A stretch of DNA of 64,000 nt from assembly GCA_965237835.1 (NCBI GenBank), contig OZ250160.1:128503-192502 (forward strand). The letters are read 5' to 3'. Below are positions 36,168 through 45,100 of the stretch, piece by piece; positions within the stretch are counted from its first letter, which is position 1; each line of letters begins with the position of its first letter. A model generated the notes under the pieces. That model saw only the letters and a list, made by a program, of their open reading frames with translations. It made no database searches and was not told where the DNA came from. The DNA is from Candidatus Poribacteria bacterium. GTDB lineage: Bacteria; Poribacteria; WGA-4E; WGA-3G. A program made the position numbers and the translations under genes.

Positions 36168-37127
36168 ATGAAATCCAAAATACTGATACCCTTGATTATC
36201 GTTGTCATTCTGGGGGTTATATTTGCCTCAGGTACGTTCTACATTGTGAAAGAAGGCGAACAAGTTGTCCTTACTGAATTCGGTCGTCCTATTGGACAAC
36301 CTATTGTTGATGCGGGATTAAAAATAAAGACACCATTTATTCAGGATGTCCATAGCTTTGAGAAGCGCATCCTTGAATGGGATGGTTCTCCAAACCAGAT
36401 TCCCACTAAGGACAAGAAATTTATCTGGCTTGATACAACAGCGCGTTGGCGCATTAAAGATGCACTCCAATTCTATCAGGCACTCGGAACAGAAGAGCTT
36501 GCACACTCACGTTTAGATGATATTATTGACTCTGCAGCGCGTGATTTAGTAACAGCGCAGCTGCTGATTGAAGTTGTCAGAAATTCAAACCGGGTGTTAG
36601 ATCCTAATAGAGAAGTCCTTGAAGATGAGGAAGGACAGTCAGACGAGCCGTTGGAAGAAATCCAGATTGGCAGAGAAAAGATTACACAACTGATTCGTGA
36701 AAAGGCACAAGAAGCACTTCCAAGATTTGGTATTGAGCTCATTGATGTTCAAATAAAACGAATTAACTATGTTGAAGAAGTTCGACAGAAAGTCTTTGAC
36801 CGCATGATTTCGGAACGGCAGCGCATCTCCGAAAAGTACAAATCGGAAGGCGCAGGTGAAGCGGCGAATATCATGGGGCAAAAACAGAAAGAGTTAGAAC
36901 GTATCCAATCGGAGGCATACAAGGAAGCTGAACAGCTTAAAGGGGATGCTGATGCACAAGCCATCCAGATTTACGCGGAAGCGCACGGCAAAGACCCAGA
37001 GTTCTTCGCCTTCCTCCAAACCCTTGAAACCTATCGCAAAACAAGCACTGCAAGCACTAAGCTTATTTTGACAACCGATAGCGAACTCTATAAATACCTC
37101 AAAGGCAGTCAATCATCTAAACGTTGA
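36168..37127 (+). CDS. hflC: FtsH protease modulator HflC (SPFH/band 7)
   Basis: 319 aa with an N-terminal TM and an SPFH domain, immediately after hflK. Confidence 0.75.
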   Translation: MKSKILIPLIIVVILGVIFASGTFYIVKEGEQVVLTEFGRPIGQPIVDAGLKIKTPFIQDVHSFEKRILEWDGSPNQIPTKDKKFIWLDTTARWRIKDALQFYQALGTEELAHSRLDDIIDSAARDLVTAQLLIEVVRNSNRVLDPNREVLEDEEGQSDEPLEEIQIGREKITQLIREKAQEALPRFGIELIDVQIKRINYVEEVRQKVFDRMISERQRISEKYKSEGAGEAANIMGQKQKELERIQSEAYKEAEQLKGDADAQAIQIYAEAHGKDPEFFAFLQTLETYRKTSTASTKLILTTDSELYKYLKGSQSSKR

Positions 37128-37146
37128 CGACTGCAGAATAGGATTT

Positions 37147-37240
37147 TTATACCGAATTAACTTGATTTGTAGTGTGAGGTCCCCGTGCCTTGCAATGCTG
37201 ACTTTATCTGAAGACGTCAAATCAAGTTAATTGGGTATAA
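37147..37240. mobile_element. MITE family A copy
   Basis: TTATACCGAATTAACTTGATTTGTAGTGTGAGGTCCCCGTGCCTTGCAATGCTGAC...CAAATCAAGTTAATTGGGTATAA. Confidence 0.7.
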
Positions 37241-37363
37241 GAAATCAAATTGTGAACATTTTAACTTGAGGTTTTAGTCTTTTTTGTGATACAGTAATAC
37301 GTGAATGAAAACTATGAGATCCACCACTTGGTTGCAACCGTTAGAAAGTAAACACATAAGCAA

Positions 37364-37945
37364 ATGGACAAAGAAGAGAGGGTAAACGCGAGAGAAATCA
37401 TAAGGAAGTGGATGCCCATAGCAATATGGATTGTAGCACTAATGATTCTCCCATACGTGCTATTGATAGACCCTAAGAAATCATTACAATCCATCTTGCT
37501 CAACGTGAGTTCTTTACTTCCACTGTTTTTATTACTTGCGACACTTTTAATTGAATTAGGAGGTTATACAATGCACGGATTTATGTTAGGTCAACAAGCA
37601 TTGAGAGAAAGAAAAGAGAGAATACGTAAGGAGAAAATAGCAGCCACTTTGTCACCGCTTGCGTGGCGTGTCGCAGCACGCTTTATGGATGAGTATGATA
37701 CTGAGCTTGTAGACAAATCAGATTCAGATTTGTTAGAAATGGTAAAAGCGTTTGGTGCTAACAAAGCACTTGATATTGCAGCAGAACAAGCTGGCGAAAA
37801 CATTTTGGAATTTGTCAACAGTATTAATCATGAAAGACGTGCTAACCAAATAGCCGTTAAAATTTCTGACTTGATGGTTCGTGATGATTTTGCAAATCAA
37901 GTTGTGTATCTCGTAAAAGAAAACCAATATCTGCATATTGAGTGA
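37364..37945 (+). CDS. Hypothetical protein with 2 N-terminal TM segments
   Basis: 193-aa ORF with no recognisable motif and no clear RBS. Confidence 0.4.
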   Translation: MDKEERVNAREIIRKWMPIAIWIVALMILPYVLLIDPKKSLQSILLNVSSLLPLFLLLATLLIELGGYTMHGFMLGQQALRERKERIRKEKIAATLSPLAWRVAARFMDEYDTELVDKSDSDLLEMVKAFGANKALDIAAEQAGENILEFVNSINHERRANQIAVKISDLMVRDDFANQVVYLVKENQYLHIE

Positions 37946-37984
37946 AAACGCTGAGATCCGCGTCCTGCGGAGAGACGTTAATTC

Positions 37985-38013
37985 CGCGCACTAATGAATT
38001 GTTTGGTTTCGCT
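37985..38013 (+). repeat. 29-nt core of a repeated upstream module (copy 1)
   Basis: CGCGCACTAATGAATTGTTTGGTTTCGCT is identical to 38419-38447. It is followed by a CT(A/C)C(T/C)CAACCTA block, an RBS and the ORF start. Confidence 0.6.
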
Positions 38014-38053
38014 ACTGTTTACTCAACCTATACACCAATAAAGGAGGTGCATC

Positions 38054-38296
38054 ATGAAAAATAATAGAAATCAATCATCTAAACATTTAATTAATTCTTC
38101 AATGGAATATACAAATATTTTGACGCTTGAATGTGCCGAATCTCCAAAGGGAATAGCCAAAGCATATGCGAAGATAATACTTGATTATTTAAAAAAAGTC
38201 TTAGGCGAAGAGGCAGATGTGGATACGATTTATTTCCAATTGGGCGATGACGATGACTGTCCTACTTGTATAGACTTCTATGCCAAACTATCTTAG
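38054..38296 (+). CDS. Small hypothetical protein (80 aa)
   Basis: AAGGAGG RBS 7 nt upstream of the ATG. No recognisable motif. Confidence 0.45.
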   Translation: MKNNRNQSSKHLINSSMEYTNILTLECAESPKGIAKAYAKIILDYLKKVLGEEADVDTIYFQLGDDDDCPTCIDFYAKLS

Positions 38297-38418
38297 TGAT
38301 GAACCAATCAAGTTCGAAGATAATGACACAGGACATCGCTAACACACTCTACGAGATGGACATAGGCAGATATCCTGCGGGGTATCTGTCTAACAATCCT
38401 ACGCGGAGGCGATAAACC

Positions 38419-38447
38419 CGCGCACTAATGAATTGTTTGGTTTCGCT
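38419..38447 (+). repeat. 29-nt core of a repeated upstream module (copy 2)
   Basis: Identical to 37985-38013. A related block, TTCGCTTTACCCACCTACGA, occurs at about 13640. Confidence 0.6.
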
Positions 38448-38482
38448 TTGCTCTACCCAACCTACGAATAGGAGAATGGCCG

Positions 38483-38992
38483 ATGAGAGGAATTGTGGTA
38501 AAGATGTTTTTGATCGTATGCATTTTATCTGCATTAGGATGCGGGCCAAACATGCAATTTGTTGTCTTACGTGATGTGCCTGAAAACCCGTCTTTTGTAG
38601 TTGTTCCTCCAAATAGTTATTTGCATGAAGTTACTTATGCCAATAAGATTGAACAGATACTAATAAGTTCAGGCGTAAAAGTAGTAATGAAGCCAAGCAT
38701 AAAAGAAGTAACAACAGAAGAATCTGCCCAGCAAACGGAGGATAGGACAGCCTCTGGCACATCAATAAAGGAAAGGTATTTCGCTTTTGATGAGATCAAT
38801 GCGGACTATATTGTTCAAACGTATGCAAGTTCAAAACAGGTAAAGATATCTCGAAGCGATACACGAGAAGTTTTAACAGTTTTGGTTATATATGATTATA
38901 GCAGTATGTCCCCTTATGACAACGAATTAAATCGGAGGGAGATTATCTTTAATGCACTACAGAACTTAGGGGTCCTAAACAATCCAAAATGA
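38483..38992 (+). CDS. Hypothetical exported protein (possible lipoprotein)
   Basis: 169 aa. MFLIVCILSALGCG looks like a signal peptide with a non-canonical lipobox. Confidence 0.45.
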   Translation: MRGIVVKMFLIVCILSALGCGPNMQFVVLRDVPENPSFVVVPPNSYLHEVTYANKIEQILISSGVKVVMKPSIKEVTTEESAQQTEDRTASGTSIKERYFAFDEINADYIVQTYASSKQVKISRSDTREVLTVLVIYDYSSMSPYDNELNRREIIFNALQNLGVLNNPK

Positions 38993-39030
38993 ACAAACTC
39001 TACTTCGGTGACAACTAAAGGAGAGTAACC

Positions 39031-39540
39031 GTGTATGCAATAATTGAATCCAAAGGAATCATAAATCTCAATTTATATCCGAGAATTGATGTTGTAGAAC
39101 ATAACGATAATTACCGCCTTGTTGCTTTTTGTAAACATCAAGTTGATAATGAAATTAGTCAAAACAATTACAGTGAAGCGCATTCTATAATGATAGCAGA
39201 ATTTAAAAAAGAAGTGGACGCTGAGTATTGTTTCTGGCACTTATTGAAATCAATTAATAATGATACAAAAATATGGAATCCTGAGGTTGTATATCTTCCA
39301 TCAAACGCATGGAGAACAGCAATTGAAAGGTTTTGCAAAGGCAAACATAGCATTGTCGCTGCAAGATTGTTGGATGAAACCGACCTAAAATATGGGGGTT
39401 CACATATAATAACAATTGTCCATAATAGAATAGAAAATATCTATTGGGCAGAAATACAACCACATATTAAGGATATAAACAATAGCTTTAAAGAAGCATT
39501 AGAAGTTAAAATTAGAGTTGAATGGAAACGTAATTATTAG
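39031..39540 (+). CDS. Hypothetical protein (169 aa)
   Basis: GTG start behind AAGGAGAG. No recognisable motif. Confidence 0.4.
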   Translation: MYAIIESKGIINLNLYPRIDVVEHNDNYRLVAFCKHQVDNEISQNNYSEAHSIMIAEFKKEVDAEYCFWHLLKSINNDTKIWNPEVVYLPSNAWRTAIERFCKGKHSIVAARLLDETDLKYGGSHIITIVHNRIENIYWAEIQPHIKDINNSFKEALEVKIRVEWKRNY

Positions 39541-39679
39541 GTTGGATTGAGCATCTTGAAACCCAATATGCTGACAACCACCCAATGAACGCTCAAAACC
39601 ACACTATCTTTGAAGATATTTTGAGAAAAGAGAACGAAACACTTAACCTCAATAAGGCACGAGTCCAAAACCATTAATT

Positions 39680-41191
39680 ATGAAGAAACTTATAAATTCA
39701 TTCCGCGCCCTCATTGGCACTAACCTCCGAATCAATTGCCAACTTCTTATCTGTACTTGTATGCTCGCGCTAATTCCAAACGCATTTGCAGCAGGGACGC
39801 CATCTGTTCCCGCATTTCCGGGTGCGGAAGGTTATGGCGCAATGACGCGCGGCGGTAGAGGCGGAAAAGTAATTTTGGTGACAAATCTTAACGACTCCGG
39901 ACCAGGCAGCCTACGCGCAGCATGCGAAACTGAAGGACCGAGGATAGTCGTGTTCAAGGTTTCGGGCACTATCACCCTTGAAAAAGCGTTGAGAATTTCC
40001 AAACCCTATATCACTATCGCCGGGCAGACAGCCCCAGGAGATGGTATCTGCATTAAGAAACATCCGCTCTCAATTATTGCCAGCGAGGTTATTATCAGGT
40101 ATATAAGGGTGCGAGTAGGAGATGTGGCAGGTGATGATAAAGATACCATAGAGGGCAGGTATCAGAAAAACATTATCCTTGACCATGTGTCAGCAAGTTG
40201 GAGTGTTGATGAAACAGTGTCTATTTACCATTGCGAAAATGTCACCATTCAATGGTGTCTGATATCCGAAAGTATGTATTATGCTGGTCACGTCAAAGGT
40301 GTGCATGGGTATGGCGGAATATGGGGATCAAACCGTAGCACGTACCATCATAACCTGCTGGCGCATCACAGCAGTCGCAATCCTCGTTTTGCTTCAGGTT
40401 GCGGATATAACGACTTCAGAAATAACGTGATATATAACTGGGGTTATAACAGTGCTTACGGTGGTGAAAAAGAGCAACCAGGCAATGAGAAATTAAACTT
40501 TACCGTTGTCAACATGGTAGCCAATTACTATAAGCCGGGACCCGCAACCCGTCCGGGCAATGTGACGTACCGTATTATTAATCCTTCATCGCGTAATGAG
40601 GCAGATGGTTTTGGCAAATGGTATGTGGCAGAAAATATTGTTCATGGCAACCCTGCGGTTACTGCCGACAACTGGGACGGAGGCGTGCAGCCTCAAGATG
40701 GCAGTTCATATATTGCCGGATTAAAACTTCAGCAACCTTTTGACGCTATGCCTATCAACCAGCAAACTGCTGAAGAGGCTTATAATGCCGTGCTTGACAG
40801 TGTAGGGGCATCATTGCCCAAGCGCGATTCAATAGATGCACGCATTGTTGACGAAACCCGTAATGGCTATGCAACTTATGAAGGGAAAACATACAAAAAG
40901 AATTTGCGCGTGCCCGATAAATCAAAAAAATGCGGTATTATTGACTCACAAGAAGACGTTGGCGGGTGGCCCGAACTCAAGAGTCTGCCTGCACCTCTTG
41001 ATAGCGATGGTGATGGTATGCCCGACGAATGGGAAAAGCAGTACGGGTTCGATTCTCGTGACGCTTCCAATGCATCACAAGACAAGGATCGTGATGGATA
41101 CACTAACATTGAGGAATACCTCAACGGAACCGATCCGACAGCGTTTGTGGACTATACCAAGTCCGAGAACAACGTAAACACGTTGAAGTAA
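39680..41191 (+). CDS. Secreted pectate lyase-like polysaccharide lyase with C-terminal thrombospondin-type-3-like Ca-binding repeats
   Basis: Signal peptide, then AFPGAEGYGAMTRGGRGGKVILVTNLNDSGPGSLRAA and a beta-helix core. The C-terminal part has DSDGDGMPDEWE and DKDRDGYTNIEEY. Confidence 0.7.
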   Translation: MKKLINSFRALIGTNLRINCQLLICTCMLALIPNAFAAGTPSVPAFPGAEGYGAMTRGGRGGKVILVTNLNDSGPGSLRAACETEGPRIVVFKVSGTITLEKALRISKPYITIAGQTAPGDGICIKKHPLSIIASEVIIRYIRVRVGDVAGDDKDTIEGRYQKNIILDHVSASWSVDETVSIYHCENVTIQWCLISESMYYAGHVKGVHGYGGIWGSNRSTYHHNLLAHHSSRNPRFASGCGYNDFRNNVIYNWGYNSAYGGEKEQPGNEKLNFTVVNMVANYYKPGPATRPGNVTYRIINPSSRNEADGFGKWYVAENIVHGNPAVTADNWDGGVQPQDGSSYIAGLKLQQPFDAMPINQQTAEEAYNAVLDSVGASLPKRDSIDARIVDETRNGYATYEGKTYKKNLRVPDKSKKCGIIDSQEDVGGWPELKSLPAPLDSDGDGMPDEWEKQYGFDSRDASNASQDKDRDGYTNIEEYLNGTDPTAFVDYTKSENNVNTLK

Positions 41192-41328
41192 CATTTGACT
41201 GTGAATAACTGAAATCGTAGGGGTGGGTCCCTGTACCCGCCGTTGTTTCTTCCAAAAAATGGCGAGGCACGGGGACCTCACACTACAGATAATTTATGAG
41301 ATGGATTATAGATGATGTTTGCGTAGGT

Positions 41329-41967
41329 CTAAAACTCCCACTGCAACAATGTTACGCGGTTATTCCAGACAATCACTCCCATCGCAGTACCTATCGCTGC
41401 CCCAGTTAACACATCTGAAGTATAGTGCCGCCCAAGATAGATACGCGAAAAACCCACCAATCCTGCCCCAATATACAGTGGAATTCGCCATTTCGGATAC
41501 CGATAGCCTAAAATTGTTGCCGCACTAAATGCAATAGTCGCATGTCCTGATGGTAGTGACGGATTCCCAAGGGTTTCATCAAGTGGTCGTTTCCTGCGCG
41601 TCAACCGTTTTATCCCGTAAGTCATCACGCCGGCACCAATGTATGCAGAGGACAACAACCGTCCTGTCCTCTGATGGTCCTCATCTCCGTACGCCATGAG
41701 TAAGATAGATAACCCCATAATTGAACGGTAATGTCCAACCTCTGAGATACCTTCCATAACAGTCCACATCGGCTCGTTACGCGGAGGCGCATCGTAGAAA
41801 CGATCAAAGAGTTGTTGATCCCATTGCGACAAAATATTATCAGCATTCGCATCTAAACCAACTGCAAACCAGCAAAAAAACAGCACATAGATTAACAATG
41901 CCTGTTTTAACGGTAGCCGAATGAATTTTGACGCGCCAAATTTCAGTATCAGATTATCAGACTTCAA
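41329..41967 (-). CDS. PAP2-family phosphatase
   Basis: KRLTRRKRP, PSGH and SRIYLGRHYTSDV are the three PAP2 signature blocks. Confidence 0.8.
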   Translation of the reverse strand: MKSDNLILKFGASKFIRLPLKQALLIYVLFFCWFAVGLDANADNILSQWDQQLFDRFYDAPPRNEPMWTVMEGISEVGHYRSIMGLSILLMAYGDEDHQRTGRLLSSAYIGAGVMTYGIKRLTRRKRPLDETLGNPSLPSGHATIAFSAATILGYRYPKWRIPLYIGAGLVGFSRIYLGRHYTSDVLTGAAIGTAMGVIVWNNRVTLLQWEF

Positions 41968-41987
41968 TTTTAATACTTACCCTTCTT

Positions 41988-42148
41988 TTATACCAAATTA
42001 ACGGGATTTGTCTTATTTTCCGGCCGGTAGGTGCGGTTTCTAACCGCACCGGAGATGGTTATGGAATTACCTAATTTATTTTTTAATCTTCATGAAACCG
42101 CACCTACCGGGTGGGATCTCGCTCTACAAATCAGGTTAATTGGTATAA
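41988..42148. mobile_element. Composite MITE family A copy carrying family-B palindromes
   Basis: The family A inverted repeats enclose GGTGCGGTTTCTAACCGCACC and a second half-site, AAACCGCACCTACCGG. Confidence 0.6.
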
Positions 42149-42164
42149 GTTTTCTTGCCTTCCA

Positions 42165-45100
42165 CTATTTTACAACCTGAATTGTTCCGGTTGATGCGAC
42201 TGCTGATTTCGATGGGTCGTACATCGCTTCTGCTGAAACAGGCGGCACTGTAAATGTGCCCTGCGTTACCGCGCGGAGTGCGTAATAAAACCTTTCCTCC
42301 CGCTGATATTGAAATGTCCCATAGAAGAGGAGACGGTCATCGCGTATGTCTATGTAATTAGGCGTAAATGCTTGTTTGTCTTTAGACCAAGATGCACTGT
42401 CACGGGTTATTAATCGAGGATTTTCAATTTCAAAGCCAGCTGGTAACATATCAATAACTACCACGTTCTCAAGATTGCTTGTCAGAGCTTTGACGGTAAT
42501 CTCAGCTATTACTAACTCACCCTGCTGAAAAACGTTTTTGACTCGGGATCCGTCAGGTGTAAGATAGCGGCGGTTTATCTGCAATTCTCGCCCATATTCC
42601 TCAATATAGGAATCCCTACTAATGCCGAATGCCTCCCAATAATAGTAGCATGTGCCTTTTCCGTTGATCGTAAGTTTCATGTGCGCGCCATCCCAGTCAG
42701 ATCCAATGTGTTGTGTTCCCGTTGAATCAAAGTTTGCGAGATGTGCATCATTTCGCGTAATTGTTCCAGTGAATTTCTGATGTGGTTGTTTATTCAGGAA
42801 CTTACCGAGAGCCAGCAAAGCAAAGGCGTTCTCCTGTGTAGTACCCCACCGTTGCCCTTTTGACGCTGCATTGGTTAGGTTTTCAACGAGTTTAGGAATT
42901 GCCGGGTGGTTTTCCTTGACTTCTATGAGCACATCTAGCATGATGGCTTGCGCGCGAATAGGTGAGTCAAAATTCCGTCCTGTGTCTCGTCGTCCCATGT
43001 TTTCAAACTCTATTGAATCTGGAAGCATTGAGAGTGCAGTCTTGATATCACCACTAAGTGCGAACGCACCTGCAAGTTGGAATAGGCTGTAATCGTTAAG
43101 CTCGCTTAGTCGATTATTTTTCAGATAATGCATCACAGGTTTTTCAGGTTGATCGGCTGCAGCCAACACATAACAGGCATAAACCGCTTGTGCGAGGCTA
43201 TATCTATCTGTTTTTGCGTTTGGCTTATTGATGCTCCCACCATTTCTTGCTTGATGTCTCAACCCTTCCAACATTCTGTTGTAAACAAGTGGGGAAACCT
43301 CGTGCCCTGCTTTTTGTGCTTCAACCAAAAAGTGTGAGGCATAGATACTACTCCAATTGTTGACGTTGGACCTTCCGGGCCAGTAGGCAAAATGATGCTC
43401 TGGCGTGAGCATATCTTCCAATTTTGTGATACCCGCCTCAATGTATTCGTCAATTTTCCCTTCCTCTGCCAGTGCTGGTTCAATGATCCGCGCGAGATCG
43501 CTAAGATAGAGTAAGGGAAAAACTCGGCTGGTTGTTTGTTCAAGACATCCATGCGGATACTGTACCAGATAGCGAAGTCCATTGGCAAACCTAACAGCAG
43601 GTAGAGGAGACAGCGTCACCATAAACTCTGAGGTGTCTGCTCTCAGATTTGAGGGGAAAATAAAATCTGCGGGTTCATCCTCTCGGACAACACCTTGTCC
43701 TGTCTTTGTGACTGGTGGTGCCGCTGACCGAAGCGGGAGACGAACAGGCGCATATTGTATCTCTTCGCCATTACCAGATGCTGATAGATTAAACGTCGCT
43801 ATGCCAACTGCATCGTGTGCAATAACGTCAAAAAAGAGTTGTCCCTCCTTACCCGCTGCAATCTCCATCTGTTTTTGGATAGAATCTCCTTTGATGAGAA
43901 CCGAGTGGTTAATAGAACCGTTTTCTGTAAGCAGTTGGACAGGACCGGTTGCTTTTAATTTAACAGAAAAGTCGCCTTTATTAGCAGTGCCATTAAAAAC
44001 GGAAACAGGGACGCGAATTTGATCGCCTCCGGAGAGAAAACGTGGAAAAGTCGGTGTTAGCACTACCGGATCACGCACCTGAATTTTTTCCGTGGCTGAA
44101 CCGTAATCCGCACCGGAAAAGGCAACTGCCATCACTCGCAATGTGCCGTTGAATTGGGGTATCTTAAAACGGACGCTGCCATGTCCATTTGCATCGGTTG
44201 TCATTAAACCTGACCAGAGCGACACCGATGTACCCCGAACTACAGTATCGGTGTTAACCCGACTTGACATTCTTGCAGTCTGAGACACACCACGGCTCAA
44301 TCTGTCAAGACTAACTCCACCACCTGCATAACTAAAACCTACTGTGTCAGCATGACTTTCTACTAAGATTTGCGATAACGCGAATTGACTCCGCATCATC
44401 TGTGCCTTTGTAGCTTCTGAAATTGCCAATTTCATCAAATCGTCAAGCGATTCAATCGGCTTGATAGGAAATTGGTTGTCCTTCGTAATTGCAGTATAGA
44501 ACTCATAAGAAATGGATTCAAGCCTTCTCTGTTGATAAAAATAAGCGTGTGGTTTAGGTGTTTGCGTTCCTGTCAACTGGAGAATACCTTCATCAACGGC
44601 GGCGATGGCAACTCGGTAAGATTTCCCTTTGCGTTCACCTTGCACCCTAAACTTTATGTCCACCTCACGGTTCGGTCGAATCTGTTCAGGTGCGTCAATT
44701 TCAACCTTTAGCTGGTGCGATTCCGCATCAAGTTTCAACGGAATGATGCCAAATGCTCGCGCGGGTGCGTCCTTCTCCAACGATGTTGTGGAACGTATTA
44801 GCGTTGCAGACAGATATACGTTGGGAGCATAAATATCCTGAACAGGAATTGTCAAAGTTGCCGTGTTTTCTTTTACTATGATTGTCTGGTAACTCAGCAC
44901 TTTCTCTTGCTCAATTGTTAGCAACACCTTGCCGGGAAAGGGCGGTTTAATATGCAATTTCGCCTTTTCCCCAGGACGATATGAGTCTTTATCAAGTGTC
45001 ATTTCGAGCGTATCAGGCTTCTCCATTGACCATGGCACACCACCCCATTCTGAGACATAAAATTGTGTTGACGTTTTCGCGCCACTATCAACATCCTCAA

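Noticed and set aside
37946-39680. The small-ORF array as an integron cassette array
   Set aside because: There is no integrase. The repeated modules are upstream leader-like sequences with an RBS, not imperfect palindromic attC sites at cassette 3' ends.
43582-44022. Numerous 60-146-aa ORFs antisense to long genes (for example within the A2M, methyltransferase, helicase, gmhA and symporter genes)
   Set aside because: They are embedded in well-supported long ORFs on the other strand, lack RBSs and give low-complexity translations. They are typical shadow ORFs.
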